From Styela clava (Eukaryota), in the NCBI RefSeq assembly GCF_964204865.1, contig NC_135257.1, positions 9,610,001 to 9,674,000 of the forward strand: DNA of 64,000 bases, in the 5' to 3' direction. The notes beneath the pieces are model-generated. The model did not search any database, was not told where the DNA came from, and saw only the letters and a program-made list of their open reading frames with translations. Below, piece by piece: positions 28,101-42,461 of this stretch. The position numbers and the translations under genes were made by a program. Position 1 is the stretch's first letter. Every line of letters begins with the position of its first letter.

Positions 28101-31100
28101 CAGAAATTAAGTAGATTGGACACTTCATCTGTAAAATAAGCACATTATCAGAATATTTCGTCGATTGGAAAGAATTTGCAGTTAGGTCGCCAACTGAAAA
28201 TCAATTATATGTGATATTCGTTTGAATCCGGTCCAGGATATTTAGTACGTGTATAGGAGCACTAGCCCAAATAAGATATTAATACCTCGTACTTCTATAG
28301 GGTTAATGTTGTCATTTTAGTAAGATATTACTGTTGTTTTTCAGATTAATAATATCAAGCGGACTAAAACAAGTCAATTTAGACTTTCTCAGAATTATAA
28401 ACCGTCATAACTTTTTTTTTCACTAGATATAATCGATTTAAATAGCCCCAGGTCATATCACAATGACGAATCAGTTTTAATATAATTTATCTCAGTTACA
28501 CGCTTGATTGAGACACTTTCGTGCCAGCTAATTTACTATATAAACTACTCATTATTCACTGTTTGATTATCGTATTGCGATCGTATCGTACTTTTATCGT
28601 ATTGTACTGCGATCAAAGAGGTACTGTGATGGTATGTTGGGTTTGACAATAAAGATATTGCCTCGTTAAAGTGTATGACAGGCTTGGGAGATTGGTGAAA
28701 TTTAGGCATTAAGCTACTACCGCTGCGGTTCGTCGTTTAACGACAGATGCTAATCTGTCGTCTATCACAAAACCAACAACAAGTCAAAATATATATCTAC
28801 CTTCTTACCCCTAAACCTGAACGTATTTGTGAAAGTGAAGTGTGCACTTACGGGACTAATATCACCGAACACACTAAAGATAACTAACTTTCGTTGACAC
28901 GTTTTGAGTCACAGACGCTAAATATTCATTCCATATCCTCATAGTGAGTGAGCCCAACCAGACGAACTTTGAATGATTTATCTAGAATTTCTTCCGACCT
29001 GGAAATTGGATTAATAAGAATATTGATTGACAAGACTTTTTTGCGTCTAGAGAGGTCTGCCACTGATTCATCCGTTCGGAAACCTGAAGTTCGTTTCCAA
29101 AGATTTAGCATATTCCAAACGGTGTTGTTTATTGGGCTCCACATCAAGACAAGGATAAAGACACGTCAGCAATTGCTACGGAGATTATCTAGATCAGCGT
29201 TTCCCAAACTGTGTTCCGCGAGCGTCTTCCGAGTGTTCCGTGGAATAAATCAAAAATATGTCTATATGGGTCACCTTGGCAATCTAGGGATTGTGAAGTT
29301 GTCGCCCAACTAACCGTTCAATATCGCATCACCGTCGGCTTATAGCGGACTAACCAAGGTAGGGGAGTGGCATTTTCGTTAACCGTCGGCCTAGCTTTTT
29401 GACTTTTAAGTTCACTATCAAGTTTGCAGCAATCCTTTTGGTTTTGCTATGGGCAAACAAGTAGGTCTAAAGAAGGAAGGCAGATGGTTAACTTTTCTTC
29501 CGCCATCTCTGCCCGGTTTTACTTTGAAATGCTGAAAAAATTACTCATAGTCGCTAAACTTCAGCATTAGCATTTCTCCATTAGAGGCAAACACTGCGTA
29601 ATGGGAAGTAAACGACATAGAATAGACATACACAGCATTCAAATTAAGAAACATTAAAACATTTATAATAAATGAAATATGTGAAATATTCAATCATATT
29701 TTATATATGTTAAACGCAATTATGTTAGTATTCGCGGCGCATTTGGCAACTAGTCACGACAAACCCACCACATTACATCGTTTTCTTTATCAATTTTACC
29801 CTTTTATTTTTTCGTGTTCCGCGAGGCGAGAGAAAAAGTGCAAGTGTTCCGTGGCTGAAAAAGTTTAGGAAACGCTGATCTAAATAAATCTATAAGATGA
29901 CTGATGAATTTCACAAACGATGCAGATCCAGGATTTGAGACCTTAGGAACTTCAGAGGAGGCGAGGTTGTGTGTGTCCGGGAGCGCTGGCAATCAACATT
30001 TAGCCGAAGCAATCGATTTAACTTCACCACTTCAATTCAATGTGCGGTATATACTTTAGTTATAACTGATACCAAATTGGCGGTAGAACATTCTCAACGA
30101 AAACCATATAATTTGTCAATTAAATGACCTCGTTATTCTAGGTGGCCAGTAGTGACTGTTACGCAAAAAAAACTTTATGACTGACAAAAAGAATAATTGA
30201 ACGATATTTACCAGGTCCGACCACTGATCATTTCAAAAGCGACAATGGTAGGCAATTGCCAGCAGTCTGAATTTTTATCAAGACTGCACTGTGTTGAAAA
30301 TAATTTGAGGAACATTTCCGCTCTGTCTTTATATGAGTGTATAATTTCGGTGCCGTTAATTAATGAGAGGAGGAACAGCTGATCTGCAGTTGATTAAGAC
30401 TTCCTTGTTGTAGTTTTTTGCTGAATTTACATATTTCCTTTTAACCCTATCAAGTATTTTTTTGCATTTTTTTTATGTTCGTGACTAAGTATTATAATAA
30501 TAATATTAGTAATATATGGGAAACGTTGCTGCAAGTGTTAAATTTCACCCCTCATGCGTTAAATTTTATTTGACGAGAAACTTTTCGGTTGCGGCGGATA
30601 ATTTTTGTAGCTGTGACAGCTTCAAAAATTAATCTAAATTTGTTCTTCATTTTTTTAAATTGCAGGTGTTGCTAAATTATTGTGTGTATAATGCGTAACT
30701 GTAAGGGCCCGCATGTATATCTTCCTGATTTATCGTAAGCGAATTGCACAACTTCAATGCTATCGTGATACGGATGAAAATGTTCACTGACAAACGTGAG
30801 TGTGCAATCGTTTGCGAGATCAAGCAGAATAAGAATCATCTCTAATCTCAGTTCACTTGTTAATCCGTAAGTCTACAGAACACAGAAAGCAAACTAAACT
30901 AATTTACCTTTGACTAATTCCATTTTTTCCAATGGTGGAAACATCCCTAGTCCATTCGGTCCATATAATAATTGACTTACGATCGCCGATGTCCAATTTA
31001 CGCCTATGAAAGATAATGGTATCGTACATCTCATGCTATACAACACTTATACTATATAATACGATACTATATATAAGTTAATTCAAGTATTACCCATTTA

Positions 31101-31451
31101 AAGCATGTTGAATAGGTGATTTATATGAGCAAATGGTGGGCTGAAAATGTAATGCAATAGAGTGAAATACTTTTATTTCTTCTGTGCTTTTCTATTAGAA
31201 TTTGAATAAGTTTACAAACGGAATTTACCCGTCTTTGGGAAAGATGCGAGGAAAACTGAATTTTGTTCAACTTCCAGTTTTTCGTATGCATATTTTGCAG
31301 TTTCTGCTTCAAATCCAGGAAGAAAACGATGTCCCTTCCATTCCGTTTCTTTGAACCTGAGAACTCCGTCAAAATGATCGTTGATATCATTCATAGTTTG
31401 TTCAAAAATCCATCGCTTTTCATTCGGGATTGCAGAAATGAAAGCTTCCAT
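25145..31451 (-). CDS. Cytosolic sulfotransferase (SULT1-like, Sulfotransfer_1) paralogue A, 315 aa; exons 31451-31229, 31003-30908, 27694-27585, 27067-26932, 26114-25999, 25720-25570, 25260-25145
   Basis: In-frame GT-AG splicing gives 948 nt. Motifs: 5'-PSB loop SFPKTGVNW, catalytic His in FQTHLP, 3'-PB RNPKDQAVSWYHF, YEDMK, RKGEVGNWK, and dimerisation motif KQLMTVAQSE (KxxxTVxxxE). Confidence 0.95.
29195..29877 (+). mobile_element. Non-autonomous hAT (Charlie-type) MITE in SULT-A intron 2
   Basis: TIRs CAGCGTTTCCCAAACT / AGTTTAGGAAACGCTG, repeated gtgttccg subterminal motifs, and an 8-bp TSD atcTAgat/atcTAaat. Confidence 0.9.
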
Positions 31452-31658
31452 TTTAAAAAATGAATAATGGTAGGAATAATTTCTACGCAGTGGATAAAAT
31501 ATTTTTATCGATTCAATCCCCCCAACTCAGTAAACAGCACCTCTGTTCCTCCCCCAAATACTTTCATCAATCAAACAAGAGAGCAATGCTCAAATATATG
31601 GACACGCAGAACAATTCCTAAAAAATCACAGGCGTTGACTTACCAGTACCTGTATAAA

Positions 31659-32140
31659 CAAAGCACCACATCACAGCAACTAAACAGACAAAAACAAAAA
31701 AAAACGATGGTCGCAAATTGGTTGACAAAGATATTATCGACGTATTGGAAATGCGCACCCCCCTCCCCCATTCCCCCTCCTTTAATTGTTAAAATGCGAA
31801 AGCTTCAAAGATGGTTAAAAGAAACACAACCTTACCCACCTGCCAAGTTTCATCTTTTTATCTCTCATATTTTATGGATTTTCAAGCTTTTGACAGCTAC
31901 GAGTTAGTTCAGTGCCACCGCGCTGTGTTACGGAACCAGAACTTCCCTATCTTTAAAAACATTGGGCTTCGGATTGCATTTCTGACTGTCATATATTTTA
32001 AGAACACGGTTATTTCGAACAAAACTCGTCAAATCATAAACAAAGCACCACATCACAGCAATCAAACGGACAAAAAAATACGGTGGTCGCAAATTGGTTG
32101 ACAAAGATATTATCGACGTATTGGAAGTGCGCACCCCCCT
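31659..32140 (+). repeat. Two ~105-bp direct repeats upstream of SULT-A, probably transposon remnants
   Basis: caaagcaccacatcacagcaa...tggtcgcaaattggttgacaaagatattatcgacgtattggaa.tgcgcacccccct occurs at about 31659-31764 and 32041-32140. Confidence 0.8.
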
Positions 32141-34892
32141 ATTCCTCCCCCTACCTGTTCTTTGCAAAACTAGCTTATTCAATTTATCACGGTATTATAA
32201 CAGCAGATACCACAGTCTACAAATATATTCACACCAAGCGAAGCAGTACAGTACCTTCAGCATCACCGCCATTCACCGGTAACCTCCAAAAACAAATCTC
32301 ACAGAGCTAACAGAAATATTTGAAATAAATAAAAGTAATAGCCTTCTGGAGAAAAATTTCATCTTTAACCACTAAAAATTTCAAAGCAATTGGTCCAGTG
32401 ATCAAAGAGAAAAATGGTTTTTTAATATTTCCACTAGGTGTCCAAAAGGTGTCAAAGAACAACATAACAACAAAACGATCGTTATGTCCACTAAACGTGT
32501 CCAATAAGAGAAAATAAATAAAGCTTGATAAAAAAAAATTGTACAGTGGTGGCACATATTACTTGCATTATTTGTTAGGAGTGATATTTGCACTTGTTAG
32601 AAGTGAATTTTGCTTGCGAATAGACTAAAAAAATTTATGTACCTACATTAGTCATTAAATCAAAGTAGCATAACTTTCAATGCCACGGTTGTGAATAATT
32701 ATTAGTTATAATATTAATTATTAGTAGTGCTAATTGCGTAATAAGGATTTTTTCTTAAATGTGCTAATTGCGTATTTACTAAACATACATCGGGGATTAT
32801 TGACAAAATACATTTGGAATTTATAATTCAAATATGAGCTTTCTTTTTCTGATAATAGATCTGCCTGCGAAATAATTTGACCAGGTAATCAATAAGACTT
32901 CTGTAAAATGGAGATTGTTATTTAAAAAACATCGGAATCACATTACAATGAAAACACTTTTTAACCTGAACCTTACGACCTGTAAGCCTCTCAATTCAAT
33001 CCTAAAACCACGGCCACTACGTTCTGCGAATTGGAGAACTTCCTAAGCAGTCTATCAGCTAAAGTTGAAACGCCGGTTAATTCGATATATAAAATAAATC
33101 TTTCTTTCTTTTTCCAAACTTGATGTCGAATTAGTGATGTGCATCGGTCTAAAAATAAAAACGATTTGCGTTTTTTTATTCCGTTATCACCAACTGCATG
33201 GGCGTAATCGCCCACGGCTATAATATTTTAATCAGTTACATATATTTATTTTTTTGTATGAAAACATAAATCTTTTTTATCTAGGCTAAATTTTTCTAGG
33301 CATTGGCATTCTTGCCGTCATCAACTCATTATTCTGATTAGTTTGGATTGACTAAAACTCCCGCTACATCCCTTACACCGATCCAATACCACCGATTTAT
33401 ACCCCAAAGACATACCGATCATAACTTTTGTTTACGGTACATGGAGATTTCAGACAATCTGACTGACATGTTGGCCCGATTATTAACTATATACGATATA
33501 AATCTGGTTGAAACAGATCGTATTCGGACATATTTGGTCATGATCCATACTTAACAAGAACGAGTCCGTATCACCTACAAATTGAAGACAAAACCGGTAA
33601 AAAATTGTAACATTATCATGTGCCATATCTGAATTACCGTCAACGAAAAAACAAGAAATATATATTGTCGCCGGACAGTAGTTAGAGAGAAATTGTTATA
33701 CATCTACATGCCTTTAAAGTAAAATAATTATTTGAAAATATTGTTTTGAAAAATTCTTAAATTAAGCTGCTAGGAATTGAGATGGCCTGCATCTTTGCTA
33801 TTTTCAGAATAGAAGATACATGCTCCTTAATTCAACAACTAGCTCACTCTGAATTCACATGATGTAAGTCCTAAAACATTTTCGTGGTATTTTATTAGTT
33901 GAACCATTTATCAGCTGTCTCAGCAAATCTTAAACTATTAGACAGCATTAAGATCTCATTTTTTGTGTTCCATGTGCGGTTAAATAAATTACAGTTTGTG
34001 CTTGTTTGGAAATTATTGTGAACAGGTAAAACGACATATTTCCATGCAAGACGCAACTTTAGTAAGGCAGTTTGAGAAGTGAAACCCGAAGAAAACGGAG
34101 TTTGTTAAAATACATGTAGATTAAAATAAAACGTTTCTATGATGAATAATACAGGATTTGAATCTCTTCTATACTTCCAAGCAGTGTCTACTAAAGAAAA
34201 GGTAATGCACATATTGGCATAGTGGCGTGCCCAAAGTAAAGACATTTTATTGGACACGAGGTGTACATATATATATATGGATCGTTTTTAGACACGGAGT
34301 GGACCTATGGATGGGTTTGTTCTTATGTTTTTGTTCTTTTTCTCATCCTTCTTGTTTGTATTTTTCTTCTCATCGTTATTATAAAAATCGCATTTCTCTT
34401 TAATTATTTACTGAATCATTTGCTATAGATTTTCAGTGTTTAAAGATTGTATTTTTCGCTAGAAAGCTAGTACTTTTATTTATTTTGAATATTTCGGTGA
34501 ACTACGACGTCATCAAAATTTTGCTCACCTTGTGGCGGTTCAGCGAATACATATCAGCGGGTTTCGTGCTCAGCGTACGTCGGCGGATTTCGTGCTTAGC
34601 GAAAGTGGGAAGTTTTTTTATGGGGGACGGTAGACCCCAGTACGGTACCTGCAGTACGGTACAGAAGTGGTCAGTTGGTATTTCAATTCACGTTGAAACT
34701 GAATTATGAAGAATGGATCATGGTCACAGGACCTGGGAAAGCTGATACAGTCCCTGTACCGTTACCGTAACCCTGATACAGGTGTCATACTAGCAAGTTA
34801 CGGTAGTCACCGCATATGATGTTCGGGGAATTGATGATAGAATATTTCGGTTCCCCCTCCGCGTCAATATATTTTAGCATAGCTCTCTTGTG

Positions 34893-35180
34893 TTATTACT
34901 CATCGATCTCGATCGGTAAGTATGTTGATAGGTATTTGTCTGTTTGTTTGTTTCACCTTCGTACGTTACGCGATATCTCACGAAATTGAATCTGCTCCAA
35001 ATTTTACATGTGCATTCATCATATCTCGGACCAGGAGCCTATTGATCTTGGGTGAATTATGTCGTATAATTAACGAGTTATTAATTAATTAGGAATGTGA
35101 CACGCGGTGTCGCTATTGAGTCAGAGCGAAGGAATCGAAACCGCAGATCGACAAGTCTGCGGTCTCCGATTGTTGTTTAG
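34893..35180 (+). mobile_element. Helitron/DINE-1-like non-autonomous element, copy 1
   Basis: Has an attact..atcgatc start, a (gttt/gtct) microsatellite, a conserved core (gaattatgtcgtataatta.cgagttattaattaattag) and a 3' hairpin ccgcaga...tctgcgg. Two more copies lie at 47.1 and 47.5 kb. Confidence 0.75.
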
Positions 35181-36394
35181 TTAAGTTGTTTTTCTTGCTG
35201 GTATTTTTCTTCTCATTGTTATGAAAAAATCGCTACTCATTAACTACTGGACCAATTGCTTTAACATTTTTAGTGGTTAAAGATTGTAACGAAAGTTTCT
35301 TTGTGCTCTATGTGATTCGTTTTTCACTTCGAAATTTTGTGTGATACTTCTTTGAAATTGATAAAAAACTATTTGTAGCTCTTTTGCAACCTCTCTCGTG
35401 CTACGCGAAAGTCCGAAATTTGTCGACCGTACCGTACATTAGGCTAGGTAAGGTATACGTATACTGTATAAAGTAAGGTAGACTACTGCTTCGTTTAGCT
35501 TCCGTGTTCCTATACTATAGCACCGCTCTCTTGTTTTCAAAACGTGGTATTCTGGAAATTTCAGACAAGGGTGTGTTTTGCAAATATTCCGGTTATTGCT
35601 GAAAACTCATATATATCACTCATTGGCTTTTTATCTTTTTAAAACTTTTCGGCTTACCCTGTACCGCTGGGCCCACGTACACGAAAATTCTCAATCAACC
35701 CTTCTGGCTTACTGCGACCAAATATATCAAAAGGTGTGACCTAATCACGTGTTTTTGTGGTCGTTGACCGCTAGTTACACGAAAGAATACAGAATACTTT
35801 ATTGTAGATATTTTTCTGTAATATATATACATATTTTAATTTTTGAGTGATATAACAATAAAGCTCAATAATATGAAATGAATAACTGATTACAGAGATA
35901 TAATGGCGTTGAATGTTTGGGGAACTAAATGGTAGTATTGTTATGATATTCTTAAATAGAAGAAAGTGTCTATAGGCAATAGTTTTCTTCTGTTATTGTT
36001 CGTACAGTTGCTTTACCTAAAATAGTGCTGTTTTGCAGCGCCCTAACTGCACTTATTCGCAATCTTTTGTCAGATACTTCGATGGAACAGTTTATGCGAT
36101 CTGATATCGCTATGTCACTTCTTTTTGACAACAGCTATAGAGCCTTGATTCTCTTCCAAATAGCAAAAAAACAACGATTTATATAATAAATAAAAGTCAT
36201 AAAATTATCCCTGGAATGAATTTTATTAAATCAGGCCAGTTATGGTAATACGGCCTGGGGTTATTAAACCTAATTTTGACCACCGTTGAACATTTATTTA
36301 TATTGGCAGTTTAGTTTTCTGCAATGTTGTATGAAAGGTTTAGTAAACATATTGATAAAATGATCAATTTATGAATAAAAGTGTGACAATGTTA

Positions 36395-39300
36395 TTATAT
36401 ATCGTAAATAAATTTGATGTCAGTATGCCCCAATTTATCTGCAATCAATTTGTCCATCAATTCCGATTGTGCAACAGTCATCAGCTGCTTCCAGTTTCCG
36501 ACTTCCCCTAAATAAAACATCTTTTGGTCTATTGTATTTAGTTACTCAGAACGGAGCATAGTATTCTGATAAACAACGCTATTTTTTGTAATTTATTTCA
36601 TCCCTCTGGTCTGCATAATGAAATATTTTAGTAAAATGATCACCACTTGCTGTGATGGCATGATCAGTGCATTATGTGGCTTTCGGTATACATAGGTTAT
36701 TCCGATTCGTTAAATCTATCACGTTACCTTTTCTGAATAGATTCAATTTCAAAAGATTTGGATGAGATGTCTGTTTCATGACACTAAACGTAGTCGCATT
36801 TTCTATTTCCTCCACTCTCTTATCATCAACTTCAGTGTTCAAAAACTTTGCCAAACGTCTAATTTCTTGTTTTGTATCCTGTAAAATATATAGGGACAAA
36901 CATTATGCGAATAGTTTGTCAAAAACGCCATTTCGAATCAGTATTTTGTACAACGAAAGATAGAACATGTTGATTAATATTTTTTACTACTCTATTCTCT
37001 TCTCTTACACTTTTTAAGTTTTTTAATGGTAAACCTTGTGGATGATGGATTATTAATAGTGTATTTTAAATTTAAAATAAATATAATTGACTCAGGTGTG
37101 TATGTCTTGATCACATCATAATCTTACTCTTTTCAGATCTTCATAATGAATGAACATGACATTATCTTCATCCTTGTGTTTATACCATCCCAGTATATGA
37201 TCAGGATACCATTCTCCATCTTTCATGAATGTTATTTGCTTCCCTGCCATCAAAAACATTTAAAATAATTTGGTTTGAGCCGCAGGTAAAATGTACGATA
37301 TTGAAGATACTTAAGGTCTCAGAGTTTGCATAACTTCACGATCCAATATATCTAATCATAATTGTTTTTGCGCTGTTATCAAAAGATTGTCAGCTTCAAT
37401 GAGCCACGCGCTATAGATCATTCTATACAAGAATAGTTTCGTTTGTATTGGGAAATAAATAAAAATGGTATCAAAAAATTGTCTTATATGTATCCTCCGA
37501 CACGTAAGCTCATTAATTTCAATTGTTATATAACAAATGGACAAACCCTGCACATAGTCCGAAAAAAATTGTGGCCAATCAAGACTGAAGGCGTATCGGG
37601 CGTTGTCGAAGGGTGCATTCTTGCAAAAGTGATACCAGGAAACAACTTGATCTTTAGGATTGCGTAGAATAACAATTATCTGCAAAATCGCAACAAACCA
37701 GTTATTATGAAAAAATAATTCATATGCCATTTTCGGATAAATGCGGAAGAAAATAAACAGCCTATTGGTATTTCAATGTTTCTGTGTCAACTCGAAAGAG
37801 TATCGAGATTTTTATAATAAATGTATTGCTCAATAAACAACCTCAGGCATTAGGTTAAATTTCGATGTCAGTTTGATTGAGTTTCAAGGTTTTTGCTTTA
37901 ACGGTATATTTGAATTTGAACTTGATCGGTCCGTTTTGGTATACTGTATTCTTTCCGCTGAGCAATGGTAAGTGCATAGCAATTAAGCGAAAGAATTTTT
38001 TATGAATATTATTTGAAAATATGGTAACACGAACGGAAATGAAGTAAACTCACTCACAGGTGGCCACTGGCGTAACAATTGACATATATATTTAAAAGTG
38101 ATGAAACTTTATGAAATATTACAGTAATAATCTTGCAATCTAAATTATTTGCGTGTAAAATAAAACGTTTTTCGAACAAAGTCTTTGTGCAATTCACCAT
38201 TTTTTCATTAATATGATTTCAAGAGTTACAACCATTTTCCGGGATTTATGTGCCCATCCGAACCCTATAAATGTCGTACAATATAATGTAAATAAAAACA
38301 CCATGCTTCAAATCAGCCTATCACATTGGTTCTCTGCAACGATATTTGAAATACATGATAAAATGTAGTCGTCACCTTTCCGTCATTCTTTTTTATTTTT
38401 TCGACGTTCAACAAATTTTCTGGTAAATGAGTCTGAAAACATTTCGGATGAACGGGCAGATATTCCAACAGCTGAAATTTTGATTCTGAAAGAAACACCA
38501 AGATATTGTTTGTAATACTTCAAACGCTATTTTGTGGTTGTACCATGAGCAAAAACGTACCTGACCAACGTCTCTGCATTATTCTACGCCAATTGCCCTT
38601 AGGGGTGAACATGAATATTTTTATCTTAATATTATAAGGTATTTGCAAGAAATGGTGTTGAAACAGATTCGTCTGAGAGGTGACCTTTTCATAGTGATGT
38701 TTATGCCAGTTTTCTTTGCAGTATTGATTGTATTGATAAATCATAATTTGTCATTTTGCAGCTAATTCTAAATATACATTTTAGACTTGATTTTCCGCGA
38801 AACAATGAAAAATGAGTTACAGCTCTTGTAACATGTGGTACAAATATAGTTAAAAATGACTTTGACCAATATGGCGTGATAACGAAAAGAAAAGATGGTC
38901 TGCTGATAGTGTGAACTTATCGACGAGGAAACTGTAAATTATATGACTGAATTATCAATTACAAGAAAGATACTATGATCATCAGTGAGGGCATCATAAT
39001 ATAAGTCTGGTCCGGTATAACAATTCACATAATTCATTATAAAAAAAATGTTCTGTATATTCCTACCTTTGTCATGTAGCGCCAATAAAGAAAACAACTT
39101 GGTTGCGTTATATAATTTACCTTTGGCTACATCCATCTTTTGCAATGGTGGAAACATCCTCAATCCATTCAGTCCATATAATATTTCACTTACGACCGCC
39201 GATGTCCAATTAACGCCTATGAAAGATAATGACATGTTATAATATCCTGTACTTTTCGAACTAAATACACGATGCAGAAAAACGTTACCAGAACTTTAGA

Positions 39301-39739
39301 AGAATTAGCGGTTATTTTATAGCAATTTTGAATAGTGATCATTCATGGCATTTTATACAGGTGATTTATCTGAACAATTAGCGAACTGAAAAGGCATTTC
39401 AATAGTGAAATGAAATACTTTTATTACTATTATGCACTACCAACTGTGGTGTCTGAATTCATCATGGACTGTAGTGTCTAGATCTAAATCAGCCTATTTT
39501 GTAAAACCAACTTTACCGGTTTTGGGGTAAGATACTAGAAAGACCGAATTTTGTTCCAGTTCCAGTTTTTCGTATGCGTATTTTGCAGTTTCTGCTTCAA
39601 AACCAGGGAGAAAACGATGTCCTTTCCATTCAGTTTCTTTGAACCTGAGAACTCCGTCAAAAAATTCGTTGACATCTTTTACAGTTTGTTCGAAAATTGC
39701 TCTCTTTTCATTCGGGATCGCAGAAATGAAGGCTTCCAT
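36395..39739 (-). CDS. Cytosolic sulfotransferase paralogue B, 313 aa; exons 39739-39517, 39216-39121, 38485-38376, 37679-37547, 37243-37128, 36878-36728, 36507-36395
   Basis: Same seven-exon structure, 942 nt in frame. Motifs: SYPKTGVNW, FQTHLP, RNPKDQVVSWYHF, RKGEVGNWKQLMTVAQSE. Confidence 0.95.
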
Positions 39740-42461
39740 TTTAAATAAGTAGGGTTGAAAAAACAGGAATAATTTCTATGCTGTGGATAAAATATTTTTA
39801 TCAATTCAATGCTACTTACTGAAGGGGGTTTATATTTTCCGCAGAATAACACGATTCGTTGCTAGAGCAAAATATTATATTATATGATGTAAAATGTAAT
39901 ATAACAATTGCTAAATATAACTAACTAAAAATTAGAAACTTTAATTATAACAAGCTTCAATATAAACTACCAACTATATCAATTTTGCAAATAATCGTTA
40001 TTGTTTTGCCAAACCAGCACTTTTCTATTCATATTCCTGAACTGACCGACTTATCTAATGACCTGAAGCGGCGTTTCAGGAACTTGGATGAAAATTATTG
40101 CAATTTTGTATTTTGAGATAAATGTCGCTGCTTGAGTGCCCCCTAACGTCAACTGTTCACTTGTAACGAGTGCTCATGATAAATTCGATGTTTTTGACAC
40201 AAATGCATTTAACAGTTATAATTCACATACTGCTTAATTTACAAATGCTGTAGGAACTTGATCCTCTAAACAAAAAAAGGTTCCCCGTTAAACTCGGTTA
40301 GCTGTGAACTTTCACTTAGTTCACCTGCCAGACGTAAAATATTCTATGTCCAAAGTTTTTTCCAGGAACATAATGTGGAATTCACTATACCTCATAGCTG
40401 TTTTCCTTCTCGTATTTACACGAATTGCGAATGGCGTAGTATAAAATACTTATATACTGCGCCCATAGCTTTGCTCATAGATCATTCTCGATTATTTCTC
40501 GTTCCTGTGACCTATGTTTGAGCAACGTTCGTAAAAAGAAGCTTTATTTATTGATAATAAACCTGCACGCCTGCCAAATCATTTGACAGGAAGAATTTCC
40601 CAAAAAGATTTGTAACTGTCCTTATTTATATTTGAACTTTTTGCATTGAGATTGTTATTGTACATCGGGCTACCATTAGAGAGAAAACACTCGTTTCAAC
40701 CTAAATACTTGACTAAAGTTAGCCTCTCAATCAAAAATCGAATCGACTAAACTTGTACCGCCCTCAATTCGGTATCATATATATATATATATTTCTCTCC
40801 TTTAAATTTGATGTGAAAAAAGTAGGTTATCATCGACAGGACGTAATCCGCGCCCGCAATAGGCATTTACGTCGAGAATATTCTGATCGATATTGACGTA
40901 TTAGAAGTTTCGAAGTGTTGAGAAGCAATATTTGGAAAACATTCATCTTGAAGATGAAAGAATGCTTTTTTGGATCGGAATGAAAAGTTAAATTCTAAAA
41001 AACTAGAATAACAAAAGAGATATATCTTGACATCGTCATTTTTGCCGTTATTCAACTCCATATATACGGATTAGTTTTGATTTTCTAACTCCCACTACAC
41101 CTGTTAAAATACCATCGAATAAGACCCTACATCCCTGCGGATGGTAACCTGTATTTTAGGTGCACAAAGATTTTGGACAGTCCTATTGACAAAATGGTGC
41201 GATTGCTAACTCCGGAATTAATCTTCAGACAAATATTTCGAATAGCCCATATTTTGTTCTTTCATAGAGCGAAAGGTCCAGATTCCCCAAATTTTTTTTT
41301 ATCGAAGCCCTGTTTTTTCAATGCAATTTTGACATATATATGACCTTTTTCCTCTTAATGAGTTATTGACAAAAAACATGTTTATTGTGGGTGAACGCTC
41401 GACAATGTGTCTGAGTGATGGGTTCTATTTTTTAGTAATTCATGTGGTGAGTCACAAACAATTACTTATCTCCCGTGGATTCTAGATTTCATTCGAAAAG
41501 ATTATTAAATTCGATTCTGAAATTATCGGGTATTCAAAAATCCGCAGCCTCACTCGTGACCCATAGGCTACTCAGTAAGAACGAGTCTGCATTTTCCCAA
41601 AATTGAATCGTTAATGTTATGAATGTCCAAAATGCAGATAATGGTGACTTCGCATAAGGGGAGATAATAGCTGGCATATCCAATCAAGCAATGTATGTTG
41701 TATTTTGCTAAACCACTGGGTCCTGCCCAATAGCTTACTCAATTAACCCCTCTGGTTAATGTGATCAAATATAACAAACGCTATGAACCAATCACCTGTT
41801 TTTGCGGCAGTTGACCACTAGTTACACAAAATAAAACAGTTCACACTTTATAGTATTCTGTATTGATAAATATGTACATGTTATAATTTTTGAATGATAT
41901 AACAATAAAGCTAAATAATATGAGATGAATAGCTGATTACAGAGGTATGGGGTTAAATGTTTGGGAATTAACTAAATGGCAGTACTGTTAAGATATATAT
42001 AGAGAGATATTTTCAAATGTGAGAAAGTGTCTGAGCAATATTTTTCTTCTGATATTGTTTGTATAGTTGTATCAACGAAAATGGTTCTTTTCGGCAGCGC
42101 CTTAACGCCTATCCCCAATCCTATGTCACATTCTTCAGTGATACAGTTTGAGTGCTAGGTGACGGTGATGCCGCTATGTCAATGCTTTAATAACAACAGC
42201 TTTATATGCGTGGTTGCCTTTCAAACAGCAAAAACGGTTTATATATATAATAAAGTAAAAACGAATAAAAAGATTTCAATCAATGTGACACTGAAATAAA
42301 TTTTATTGAAACTGGCCGGTCATTGTAATACGACCTGAGGGCTAGTAAACTTAATCTTGACTACCGTAAAACATGTATTGGCAGTTTAGTTTTCTGCAAT
42401 GTTGTATGAAAGGTTTAGTAAAATCATTAATCAATTTATGAATAAAAGTGTGACAATGTTA

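Noticed and set aside
28926-29313. ORFs of 73 and 121 aa inside SULT-A intron 2
   Set aside because: No recognisable domain, and the longer ORF runs into the MITE terminus.
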